DNA from: Pristiophorus japonicus | Taxonomy: Eukaryota | Direction: 5' to 3' | Assembly (NCBI RefSeq): GCF_044704955.1 | Contig: NC_091993.1 | Coordinates: 100,254,001 to 100,318,000, forward strand | Length of the DNA: 64,000 bases | In this document: one piece after another, positions 25,301-36,599 of the stretch | Numbering within the stretch: position 1 is the first letter of the stretch | Layout: every line of letters starts with the position of its first letter | The notes under the pieces: model-generated | What the model saw: only the letters and a program-made list of their open reading frames with translations | Told to the model about the DNA's origin: nothing | Database searches by the model: none | Position numbers and translations under genes: made by a program

Positions 25301-25527
25301 GTGAACCTGTGGAATTCTCTACCACAGAAAGTTGTTGAGGCCAATTCACTAAATATATTCAAAAAGGAGTTAGATGAAGTCCTTACTACTAGGGGGATCA
25401 AGGGGTATGGTGAGAAAGCAGGAATGGGGTACTGAAGTTGCATGTTCAGCCATGAACTCATTGAATGGCGTTGCAGGCTAGAAGGGCCGAATGGCCTACT
25501 CCTGCACCTATTTTCTATGTTTCTATG
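22400..25527 (+). mobile_element. CR1/HER1-type LINE truncated at the end of ORF1, containing all of ORF2
   Basis: ORF1 end, APE (frameshift near 22610, stops at 22907 and 23438), RT, (tttctatg)n tail. Confidence 0.95.
23441..25435 (+). pseudogene. CR1 ORF2 reverse transcriptase and C-terminal region (open for 664 codons; upstream APE disrupted)
   Basis: [47 protein letters not shown]. Confidence 0.92.
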
Positions 25528-25690
25528 TGATATTGCTGTATTTTCAGATGGCAACACATTCACACCAATTCCCCACCCCCACTTCGATGACCACACACAA
25601 ACCTGAAAGCATCTAGGGCCAGACATTAACAGAATAAAAGCCTTTCCTATTCATATAAGTGACCCTCCTCTGCAAGCAAACTTGAATGCC

Positions 25691-25691
<1 letters not shown>

Positions 25692-25740
<49 letters not shown>
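25692..25740 (+). repeat. (TG)n microsatellite
   Basis: Directly visible. Confidence 0.95.
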
Positions 25741-25741
<1 letters not shown>

Positions 25742-25760
25742 CAAACAGACTACCTGAGCC

Positions 25761-25854
25761 TTTGCAATGCCAGCTATTAGGAAGAAGTCTAATGCTCATG
25801 CCTCCTGATCCTTGTGGTCCATGGAGAGGGTGATGAATTCCCTAGCTCTGCCAT
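25761..25854 (+). repeat. 94-bp direct repeat, copy 2
   Basis: Matches 22246-22339. Confidence 0.9.
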
Positions 25855-25977
25855 ACAGTCTTTTTGTGGCATGGTGAACACACCTATGGACTGCAGACTC
25901 AGTAAAGTTGTAAATGTTGCCTGTGGTCCCCTGGACCAGCTCACATCCCACCCCCTGAGACAATGAAATTCAAGGTT

Positions 25978-26165
25978 CATCATAGGCAGTCCCTCGAATG
26001 AGGATGACTTGCTTCCACATGAGTTCACAGATGTTTCAATGAAGGACCCGATATTCCAGCTCTGAGCTCCAGTTGAAAGGGTGGAAGATGCCTGTGCGTG
26101 GATTTTTTTAATGTGTGGTGACCGTTGCACAACAGCCACCACACAGGCTTGACAGAGCTAGGCTC
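25978..26165 (-). mobile_element. Bipartite RTE-derived element, 5'-truncated
   Basis: Same body as 16854-17300 and 36090-36550. Confidence 0.8.
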
Positions 26166-26714
26166 AAGGTTATCTTCATATTGACTAGACAATGTTATAG
26201 CAGCCTTGAACTGTGGCTCCAATTCAGCATGCAGCGAGTCTCATAATTCCCACACAATCTCCCTGGTGAATTTTAGCCTCTGCATAGACTGTTTCTGGAT
26301 AAGATCCAGAAAATGCCTACAGGAACATTAAATGTGGCCAGCGAGAGTTCAGGGTGAAAAGGTTCCTTTTTCTCTCTGTGGTGACCACCCTCCTTGTCAT
26401 CAAGCTAGGCTTTCACCATGTTTCCATTGACTTCCTCATTGTAAGCAAATTGTAATGGGATGCCAAATATCACACCCATTCTGGCGTCAGTTGGAAAAGA
26501 ACACACCTGCACCCAAAGCAAAAAGTTTCAAAAAGTCCAACTTTAATAACACAGCACTTAAACTCAGTCATACTGTTATCAAGACCAACTTCAAAAGTTA
26601 GAAATCTCTGTTTTTATTTCAGATTCCAGCATCCGCAGTATTTTGCTTTTACATTTAAAAGTTAGAAACTCAATTGTGAAATGCTTTTTGATTACAAATA
26701 GTGATCTCAGAATT

Positions 26715-27030
26715 TGCTGTGCGCAAATTGGCTGCCGTGTTTCCTACATTACAACAGTGACTACACTCCAAAAGTACAAAAGGAACCTGTTACATCTCTA
26801 ACTTTTTCCCAGTTCTGACGAAGGGTCATCGACCTGAAACATTAACTCTGCTTCTCTCTCCACAGATGCTGCCTGACCTGCTGAGTATTTCTAGCATTTT
26901 CTACTTTTATTTCAGATTCCAGCATTTGCAATATTTTGCTTTTGTGTCAAAGGTGCTTCATTGGCTGTAAAGCGCTTTGGGACATCTGGTGGTCGTGAAA
27001 GGTGCTATATAAACACAAGTCTTACTTTCT
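26715..27030 (+). mobile_element. Deu-SINE 3' half interrupted by a Penelope-like pLTR (about 26785-26945)
   Basis: SINE text stops at ctccaaaagtac and resumes at caaaggtgcttcattggctg; the insert matches 52755-52910. Confidence 0.75.
26811..26849 (+). ncRNA. Minimal type I hammerhead ribozyme motif in Penelope pLTR (stem III CpG-decayed)
   Basis: agtt-CTGACGA-a-gggtc-atc-gacct-GAAAC-att-aact. Confidence 0.6.
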
Positions 27031-27697
27031 TTCTCAGAAATGCAGTCTCAGTCGCTATCTCTCTCTCTTGTCCTTACTTTCATCGGGGCAATCTGCATAG
27101 GGCTTGCATATGACCTGCACCTAGCGGTAGTAGAGGAAATCTAGACTTAGGTGCTAATGAGGTCATCAAAAGGGGAATTGAATTTCATTTGCATGGAAAT
27201 GCCAAGTATAGACGCAGTGCAATTTTGAGGCCTCAGGAAACAGTAGGGCAAATGGATATCATGGCTCTGTGTTCAATTTTCCTCTCAATTGCATCCAAAG
27301 ATATGGAATGGGGAAAATGAAAGGATATTGTGAGTGGCCAAAAAGTCTTGCATCGAACAATTCACTTCCTTTAAGAGTTCCTGTAATACGTTCCCCACCA
27401 CACTTTATTCCATCACAGTCTTCTAACTCACTATGAGCAAGGCCATGATGGATCTGCTGGTATGTTACAATTTTGACTCATTAAATTTTTTAGTACACAC
27501 ATGACAACATGCAAAATGCTGCATTCAAATCTAATATGCAGAAAAATATATGAAAATTGGTATTCTAATAGGAAAGTATAAGCACAACAGAGACAATGGC
27601 AAAAAAGGAACAAACTGCAAATGCTGGAAAGAAGGAATGCAACTTTGGGGCCTAAACATTTTGTGCACTTCTTAGCAATATAGTTGGAGTGGGGATT

Positions 27698-28866
27698 CAG
27701 AGGATGGGACGACCTTGTATCTGGACTGGAGGGGAAGGAGGTTGAACAGTTTCCCGTTTGCTCTGTAGATTAGCTCCACTCCAGCGGGGAGCTTGCTGAA
27801 GGTGAGATGGAGCATTGCAGCAAGGAAGATCGAGAAGAGCATTGGTGCGATGACACAGCCATGCTTGCGTCTGCGCACACTTGTAGGCCGAACTTCAAAC
27901 CATCGTCAGCACCTTCACAGAAGCATACGAGAGCATGAGCCTTACACTAAACATCCATAAGACAAAGGTCCTCTACTAACCTGCACCTGCCACACAATGC
28001 TGCCCCCCGATGATCAAAATCTACGACGAGGCCTTGGACAACGTGGACCATTTTCCATACCACGGGAGCCTACTGTCAACAAGGGCAGACATCAATGGCG
28101 AAGTTGAACACTGCCTTCAGTGTGCCAGTGCAGCCTTCGGTTGCTTGAGGAAGAGAGTGTTTGAAGATCAGGACCGCAATCTCGGCACCAAGCTCATGGT
28201 CGACAGAGAAGTAGTGATACCCGTCCTCCTATATGCTTCAGAGACATGGACTATATACAGCAGGCACCTCAAAACACTGCAGAAGTACCACTAACCTTGC
28301 CTCCACTAGATCCTGCGAATCCACTGGCAGGATAGGCGCACCAACATCAGTGTTTTCGCTCAGGCCAACATCCCCAGCATCGAAGCATTGACCACGCTCG
28401 ATCAGCTCCAATGGATGGGCCACATCATCCACATGCCCGATACGAGACTCCCAAAACAAGTGCTCCACTCAGAGCTCTGACAGGACAAGCGAGCCACAGT
28501 TGGGCAGTGGAAACGATGGAAGGAACCCTCAAAGCCTCCTTGAAAAAGTGCAACATCTCCAATGACACGCTGGGAATCCCTGGCCCAAGACCACTCAAAG
28601 TGGAGGAGAAGCATCCGGGAAGGCGGCAAACACCTCGAGTCTCTTCACCGGGAGCAAGCGAAGGACAAGCGCAAGCAACGGAAGAAGCGCACGACAACTC
28701 AAGCACTCAGCCTACCCATCCTTTCAACCAACGTCCCTTCAAACCACCGTCTGCCCAACCTGTGACAGAGACATTAGGTTCCGCGTCGGACTCATCAGTC
28801 ACCTGAGGACTCATTTTTAGTGTGGAAGCAAGTCATCCTCGACTCTGAGGAACTGCCTAAGAGAGA
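27698..28866 (+). mobile_element. RTE-clade LINE 3' fragment with inverted 5' segment; 12-bp TSD
   Basis: Minus-strand HGCVIAPMLFSIF (27698-27868), then plus-strand RT C-terminus; ggagtggggatt at 27686-27697 and 28867-28878. Confidence 0.9.
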
Positions 28867-29729
28867 GGAGTGGGGATTGGCAGGAGATTAGAATGGACTG
28901 CCATGAACGGTGTATGTGTCCTTCGAGGGGACGAGGAGAAAAACGTAAAATGGCATTAAAATAAATTAAGTAACGGAAAGAAATGATCACTTGTTTTTGA
29001 CAGTGACTATTATTGGCAGTGTAAAATGTAAAATCTGTTCATGACCCCACACAAAGTGACTGCCAAACTTGCTCCATTTAGCTTTTTGTGGAACCTCTTT
29101 TCAGTTGATTTACTTCAGCCGATGGACATCTCCAGAATTTATTTGAAAAAAAAATACAACTTTGAAATGACAAACTGCTACCTGATTTGAAATCCACAGG
29201 ATACTTATGCAACAAAAGTATCGGGTTTGACAAAACATCTTTACATTTCTACAAAACAATGCCAATTTTCCCTGGCTTGCTGGAGCAGCCAATATATCAG
29301 CAGACCTCTTCACTTTAAATTGACTGACAATTCCCTACAGTTTGTCAATAGTTAACTAGACAAAGGCCTGGACTATTATCTACTTGTTTTAGTCCAAAAA
29401 TGGCAACACACTGGCATTCCCCAAACAAAACCTTATTTGCTTTAATGATCCTGGGAGTGGGTTAGTGAAGTGTGTTTGCAAAGCTCCATTCTGTGTCTGG
29501 AGATTACCTTCGAGACTCATTGTAATGTGGCCTGCTTCTCAGTTTTACTGAGTGTTATGTCGAAGGTGTGTTTGCATACTGACAAAGTGAATTGTTTTAC
29601 AGAGCGCATTCCTTGGAGTAGTTGGGGATACTTAACACAGATTAGCATCGGTGCCTGGAGTGGAGTGGAGTACAGGAGTCTAATGCAGGCCATCTCACAA
29701 GCACTGCTGGGATCCAACATCATTTTATT

Positions 29730-29895
29730 ATAATAAAAACAGAAAACGCTGGAAATACTCAGCAGGTCAGGCAGCATCTGTGGAGAGAAAAACAGAGTTA
29801 ATATTTCAGGTCAATGATCTTTTGTCAGTTCTGAGTATTTCCAGCATTTTCTATTTTTATTGCAGATTTCCAGCATCCGCAGTATTTTACTTTTA
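29730..29895. mobile_element. Penelope-like pLTR fragments in inverted (palindromic) arrangement
   Basis: aataaaaacagaaaacgctggaaatactcag...ctgagtatttccagcattttctatttttatt. Confidence 0.7.
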
Positions 29896-30047
29896 TATTA
29901 TTTTATTAAACAAGCTTTTATATTAATCGTGTACCATTAATGGCTGGAGGGCAATACTGCCTCAACCATTGGCACTTAATGCAAAGATTATAAACTCCAT
30001 GCCTCCTTGGAGTGTCAGCTGTGGCTCAGTGGGTAGCACACTCGCCT

Positions 30048-30979
30048 GTGATCTAGGCCCTCAAATCCATCACCAAGTTTATGGTCTACAGGACTGTACT
30101 GTTACCTGCGCTCCTATATGGCTCAGAGACGTGGACCGCATACAGTAGACACCTCAAATCACTGGAGAAATACCACCAACGATGTCTCCGCAAGATCCTG
30201 CAAATCCCTCGGGAGGATAGACTCACCAACGTCAGTGTTCTCGACCAGGCCAACATCCCCAGCATCGAAGCATTCGACCAGCTCCGTTGGGCGGGCCACA
30301 TTGTCCGCATGCCCGGCACAAGACTCCCAAGCAAGTACTCTACTCGGAAGTCCTACATGGCAAGCAAACCCCAGGTGGGCAGAGGAAACGTTTCAAGAAC
30401 ACCCTCAAAGCCTCCTTGATAAAGTGCAACATCTCCACCGATACCTGGGAATCCCTGGCCAAAGATCGCCCTAAGTGGAGGAAGAGCATCCGGGAGGGCG
30501 CTGAGTGTCATGTATTCAACTGTCACTGTAACCCATGTACAAACTGATCTAAGTTGTACACTGAGAACATTGACCACTAGGTGGTGAACTTGTGGGAGAC
30601 ACTCCGAACCTGGACTTTCAGGTATAAAAGGAAAGCTCCACCCAATTTTTATCACTTCAGTGTCTGCTAATAAAGGTTACTGATCACAGAGTGACCTTCT
30701 CTCAAGTATGGGCCTCGTGTGCATTTATACTGTATAGTAAGGACATATTACTGAACACCTCGAGTCTCGTCGCCGAGAGCATGCAGAAAACAAGCGCAGG
30801 CAACAGTAGGAGCGTGCGACAAACCAGATTCCCCATCTACCCTTTCCTTCAACAACTGTCTGTCCCACCTGTGACAGAGACTGTAATTCCCATATTGGAC
30901 TGTACAGTCACCTGAGAACACACTTTTAGAGTGGAAGCAAGTCTTGCTCAATTTCGAGGGACTGCCTATGATGATGATG
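30048..30979 (+). mobile_element. RTE LINE 3' fragment nested in the SINE head (TSD acactcgcct)
   Basis: LLYGSETW, QLRWAGHIVRM, GGQRKRFK motifs; (gat)n tail. Confidence 0.9.
30506..30750 (+). mobile_element. Solo LTR (Gypsy-like) nested in the RTE
   Basis: 245 bp interrupting RTE at EGAE|HLES; TSD ctgag/ctgaa; starts TG; TATAAAA and AATAAA inside. Confidence 0.75.
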
Positions 30980-31164
30980 ACACTCGCCTCTGAGTCAGAA
31001 GGTTGTGGGTTCAAGTCCCAGTCCAGGGACTTGAGCACATAAATCTAAGCTCACAGTCAGTGCAGTGCTGAGGGACGCTGCACTGTCAGAGATGCCGTCT
31101 TTCGAATGAGACGCTGAACCAAGACCCCGTCTGCTCTCTCAAGTGGACGTAAAAGATCCAATAG

Positions 31165-31282
31165 CCTGCTCAAGAACACTGACATTGGTGAGTCTATCCT
31201 CCCAGGGGATTTGCAGGATCTTGTGGAGACATCGTTGGTGGTATTTCTCCAGTGATTTGAGGTGTCTACTGTATGCGGTCCA
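31165..31282 (-). repeat. Inverted copy of RTE segment 30132-30249 inside the SINE body
   Basis: Shares accgcatac, aaatcactgg and gatagactcacc with the neighbouring copy only. Confidence 0.8.
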
Positions 31283-31436
31283 TTGAAGAAGAGTAAAGGA
31301 GTTATCCCCGGTGTCCTGGCCAATATTCATCCCTCAATTAACGTAACAAAAACAGATTATCTGTTCAGTCACCAAAGAACTCACTTCAGGTGTGGAAGCA
31401 AGTCTTCCTCGATTCTGAGGGACTGACTATGATGAT

Positions 31437-31620
31437 CTAAGTACATCTCTCCCCCAGCCGAAGTCCCATACCCCAGCGCAAGTGCGTGCCTCCTCCAGTC
31501 AAAGTGCCTTACCCCAGTCCAAGTACATCCCTACCCAACCAAAGTGCTTTACCCCAGTCCAAGTGCATGTCTCCCCCAGCCGAAGTGCCTTACCCTAGTC
31601 CAAGTGCATATCTCCCCGTC
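31437..31620 (+). repeat. About 41-bp minisatellite, roughly 4.5 units
   Basis: caagtgcatgtctcccccagccgaagtgccttaccc(c/t)agtc repeated. Confidence 0.85.
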
Positions 31621-31779
31621 CCTCACCCCACTATAGATGGGGCACTGTGTACGGATTGTGAACAGGTTTATTGGGTATGAAGTGAATAGTGACAGTGTCG
31701 TGACTTCTGGATATCATTCACTCCAATGATGTCCCTTGTAAGGGGTTAGAAGAACATGATCCGTCTTCCCTGAGTTCCC

Positions 31780-32440
31780 TCACTCCTCTCCGAACCCCCA
31801 CCACCTGTGTCGCTCCCCCCCAACCCTTGTCTCTTCCCCCTCCCCCCACCCGTGTCTCTCCTTACCTAGTCTCGCTCCCTCAGTCTCTCTCACTCTCCCC
31901 TCAGTCTCTCTCACTCTCCCCCAAGCCTCTCCCTCTTTCCCCCCAGCCTCTCTCTCAGTCTCTCTCTTTCCCAATCCTCCCAGCCTCTCTCTCTCTCCCC
32001 CCCAGTCTCTCTCGCTCTCTCTCCCCCATTCTCTCTCTCTTCCCCCCCAGTCTCTCTCTCCCCCCCCAGCCTCTCTCTCAGCCTGCTGCTGCTTCTCTGC
32101 TCGCTGCCGCCGCATGGCCATTGCTCTTGGCCGCACGCGGCAGTCTCGGCCCCCCAAGAGGGGTAGGAGCAGGGGAGAGTTGGGGGGGAGGGGGGGCAGA
32201 GATTTGGGGAAGGAGAGAGTCGGGGGGGGGAAAGAGAGTCGTGGGAGAGAGTCGGCGGGGGTGAGAGTCGCGGGGGGAGAGAGTCGGGGGGGAAGAGAGT
32301 CGGTGGGGGGGAGAGAGTCGGGGGGGGGAGAGAGTCGGGGTGGGGAGAGAGAGATTCGGGGCCTCAGGTCCTGCTTCTCGACATCACATGGAGGAAATGA
32401 TTCAGGGACAGGAGGAGGGGGGGGAGCTCGACTGGGGACG
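31780..32440. repeat. Low-complexity CT-rich arm / CpG core / GA-rich arm
   Basis: (cagtctctctctcccc)n then (gagagtcgggggg)n. Confidence 0.8.
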
Positions 32441-32585
32441 GGGCTTGACAGATTCATGTCTGTCAAAAAAATTGCGGTACAAATAGTTACAGTGTTTTTA
32501 TACCAAAGTGGATAACCACACTTCCCCACATTGTATTGCATTTGCCATGTTCTTACGGACTCAGTCAAGCTGTCTATATCTCTGC

Positions 32586-33200
32586 ATGGTTCAGAGACCT
32601 GGACCATGTACAGTAGATACCTCAAGTCGCTGGAGAAATAACACCAAAGATGTCTCCACAAGTTCCTACAAATCCCCTGCAAGGACAGACACACCAACAT
32701 TAGGGTCCTTGACCAGGTCAACATCCTCAGTATTGAAGCAATGACCACACTTGATCAGCTTCGCTGGCCAAGCCACATTGTCCGCATGCCAGACACGAGA
32801 CTCCCAAAGCAAGCGCTCTACTCGGAACTCCTTCACCGCAAATGAGCCAAAGGTTGGCATAGGAAACGTTACAAGGACACCCTCAAAGCCTCCCTGATGA
32901 AGTGCAACATCCCCACTGACACTTGCCCCTGGCGAAAGACCGCCCTAAGTGGAGGAAGTGCATCCGGGAGGGCGCTGAGCACCTCGAGTCTCATCGCCGA
33001 GAGCATGCAGAAATCAAGCACAGGCAGCAGAAAGAGCATGCAGCAAACCAGTCCCAACCTCCCTTATCCTCAATGACTACCTGACCTACCTGTGACAGGG
33101 ACTGTGGTTCTCGTATTGTTCAACCACCTAAGGACTCATAGTAAGAGTGGAAACAAGTCTTCCTCGATTCCGAGGGACTGCCGATGATGATGACGTTGAT
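32586..33200 (+). mobile_element. RTE LINE 3' fragment inserted in a minus-strand CR1 remnant (32495-33255)
   Basis: RTE C-terminal motifs and tail; ctatatctct..gcat duplicated at both ends. Confidence 0.85.
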
Positions 33201-33354
33201 GACTATATCTCTCTGCATATCCTCTTTGCGTCCTCCTCACAGCTTACTTTCCCTAGTATCATATCTTAGCAGGTTATTCCAAAGGCTATGATTCTTTGTG
33301 ACAATAAATATTTCCATGTTTCTAACTTAATTCTTTACCTATAGATTTTGTAGC

Positions 33355-35254
33355 CATAGAAACATAGAAAATAGGTGCAGGAGCAGGCCATTTGGCTCTT
33401 TGAGCCTGCACCACCATTCAATATGATCATGGTTGATCATGCAACTTCAGTACCCCACTCCCGCCTTCTCTCCATACCCCTTCATCCCTTTAGCCATAAG
33501 GGCCACATCTAACTCCCTTTTGAATATATCCAACGAACTGGACTCAACAACTTTTTATGTTAGAGAATGCCATAGGTTCACAATTCTCTGGATGAAAAAG
33601 TTTCTCCTCATCTCGGTCCTATATGGCTTACCCCTTATTCTTAGACTGTGATCCCTGGTTCTGGACTTCCCCAACACCGGGAACATTCTTCCTGCATCTA
33701 ACCTGTCCAATCCCGTCAGAATTTTATATGCTTCTATGAGATCCCCTCTCATTCTTCTAAATTCCAGTGAATATAAGCCTAGTCGATCCAATCTTTCTTC
33801 ATATGTCAGTCCTGCCATCCCGGGAATCAGTATGGTGAGCCTTCACTGCACTCCCTCAATAGCAAGAATGTCCTTCCTCAGAATAGGAGACCAAAACTGC
33901 ACACAATACTCAAGGTGTGGGCTCACCAAGGCCCTGTACAACTGCAACAAGACCTCCCTGCTCCTATACTGAAGTCCTCTCGCTATGAAGGCCAACATGC
34001 CATTTGCTTTCTTAACTGCCTGCTGTACCTGCATGACAACTTTCAATGATTGATGTACCATGACACGCAGGTCTCATTGCACCTTCCCTTTTACAATCTA
34101 TCACCATTCAGATAATAATCTGCCTTCCTGTTTTTGCCACCAAAGTGGATAACCTCACACTTATCCACATCATACTGCATCTGTCATGCATTTGCCCACT
34201 CACCTAACCTGTCAAGTCACCCTGCAGCCTCTTAGCATTCTCCTCACAGCTTACACTGCCACCCAGCTTAGTGTCATCTGCAAACTTGGAGATATTACAT
34301 TCAATTCCTTCATCTAAATCATTAATATATATTGTAAATAGCTGGGGTCCCAGCACTGAACCTTGCGGTACCCCACTAGTCAATGCCTGCCATTCTGAAA
34401 AGGACCTGTTTATTCCCACTCTTTGCTTCCTGTCTGCCAACCAGTTCTCTATCCATGTCAATACATTACCCCCAATCCCATGTGCCTTAATTTTGCACAT
34501 TAATCTCTTGCGTGAGACCTTGTCAAAAGCCTTTTAAAAGTCCAAATACACCACACCCACTGGTTCTCCCTTGTCCACTCTACTCGTTACATCCTCAAAA
34601 AATTCGAGAAGATTTGTCAAGCATGATTTCCCTTTCATAAATCCTTGCTGACTTGGATCGATCCGGTCACTGCTTTCCAAATGCGCTGCTATTACATCTT
34701 TAATAATTGATTCCAGCATTTTCCGCACTACCGATGTCAGGCTAACCGGTCTATAATTCCCTGTTTTCTCTCTCCCTCCTTTTTTAAAAAGTGGGGTTAA
34801 ATTATCTACCCTCTAATCCATATGAACTGAACCAAAGTCCATGGAATTTTGGAAAATGACCACCAATGTATCTACTATTTCTAGGGCCACTTCCTTAAGT
34901 ACTCTGGGATGCAGACTATCAGGCCCTAGGGATTTATCGGCCTTCAATCCCATCAATTTCCCTAACACCATTTCCTGACTAATAAGGATTTCCCTCAGTT
35001 CCCTCAGTTCCTCCTTCTCGCTAGACCCTCGGTCCCCTAGTATTTTCGGGAGGTTATTTGTGTGTTCCTTAGTGAAGACAGAACCAAAATATTTGTTCAA
35101 TTGGTCTGCCATTTCCTTTTTCCCCATTATGAATTCACCTGATTCTCACTGCAAGGGACCTACATTAGTCTTCACTAATCTTTTTCTCTTCACATATCTA
35201 TAGAAGCTTTTGCAGTCAGTTTTTATGTTCCCTGCAAGCTTACTCTCATACTCT
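33355..35254 (-). mobile_element. 5'-truncated CR1 ORF2 with TSD attttgtagc
   Basis: RT motifs in several frames; TSD at 33345-33354 and 35255-35264. Confidence 0.92.
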
Positions 35255-35409
35255 ATTTTGTAGCTATTTCCTTTACATGACCAGTAGTCCTACCATCCCG
35301 CTCCATCTCAAATAACCTATTGATGCAGACCATATCCATCTTCATTATTTAAAAGCCTCTACCATATCTCCTCCAAGCATTTGTTTCTTCAAAGTAAAAA
35401 AAAAATGAG

Positions 35410-35990
35410 CCCATCGTCATATCTAAAAGCTCTAAGATTTGGTAGCATCCTCATCACTCTCCTGTGCACCTTTTTCAGAGCCTTGACATCCTTCATCATG
35501 TGCAGAGACCAAAACTGGACATAATATTTCAAGTACAGGCATACCAAAGCCTTATATAGCCTACATGTAATACTTTTTGTTGTGTAGCCAATGATCCTAG
35601 CAATACAACATCAGCAACAATATCTATCTATCTACCACTTTTAACATGGAAAAACAAAGACATAATCAGAATAAAACACAACCTAAAACTCTAAAAGTTT
35701 TGCCTGTAGCCACCTCACACTGTTTGTGTATGTTTAACAAGCAATCAGCCATTACCCTGAGGTCTGTTTCTTGATCCATTACCTTTAATGGACAGCCCTG
35801 CATGGTATAAACATGCCTGTGTTTCCTAATCTCAAGTGCATCACACTGCACTTGTACACATTAAATGCCATCTGCCACACACAGGCCATTTGCCTAATTT
35901 ATCTAGATTAGTTTGCCACCCATTGCTTTGGTCTGAAGTGCTAATCCCAGTGCATAGTTTTGCATCTATGAATTTAAGAATTATTCCATT
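35410..35990 (-). mobile_element. Highly diverged CR1-group RT remnant
   Basis: Minus-strand remnants of LEYYVQFWS, ETDLRV, LYKALV. Confidence 0.6.
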
Positions 35991-36089
35991 TAAGATCTGC
36001 TTTAGATCAAATGAACAGCAATTATCCCATTAAAGTTCGTTAGTTACGACACAAGCCAATCTTATGGCTGCTCTGTTCAATAGTCAATT

Positions 36090-36550
36090 TCATCATAGGC
36101 GGTCCCTCGAACGAGGATGACTTGCTTCCACATGAGTTCACAGATGTTTCAATGAAGGACCCGATGTTCCAGTCCTGAACTCCAATTGAGGGGGTGGAAG
36201 ATGCATGTGCATTGATTTTTTTTAATGTGTGGTGACCGTTGTACATCACACGGGCATGACAGAGCTCGACGTTTATCCAGTGGCAAAGGTTAACCAGGAC
36301 GACTGGAGACCCGCCCTGCTGCACGGACCTAGTGCGCACACATATCGCAGTGTGGGCTGGCCTGTGCAACCTCTGGGCCCTCAGCTCTTCTGGGCCCTGT
36401 ACCCTCATTCACCACACCTCTGCCACGATCTCTTACCGTTCCTCCATCACAAACATTCGCCGCACCTCCGCCACAATCCCTCACCGCTCCTCCGCCACAA
36501 AAACACTCGCCGCACCTCCGCCACAATCTCCCGCCGCACCTTCGTCACAA
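36090..36550 (-). mobile_element. Bipartite RTE-derived element with short 5' tandem repeats
   Basis: Same body as 55960-56455; (cgccgcacctccgccacaat)n at 36410-36550. Confidence 0.8.
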
Positions 36551-36599
36551 TCTGTAATCTACAGCCATGATGGCAACAGTCTCAGCACTTAGAAATTGG

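Larger units (their letters stand above)
30013..31362 (+). mobile_element. Deu-domain SINE hosting nested insertions
   Basis: Head at 30013-30047, resumes at about 30980 after duplicated acactcgcct. Confidence 0.85.

Noticed and set aside
23441-25435. 664-aa RT ORF as an active element or domesticated gene
   Set aside because: Upstream endonuclease has a frameshift and stops, ORF1 is missing, and the sequence is near-identical to other decayed copies
31780-32748. 322-aa minus-strand ORF
   Set aside because: Read-through across antisense RTE, a CR1 scrap and low-complexity DNA
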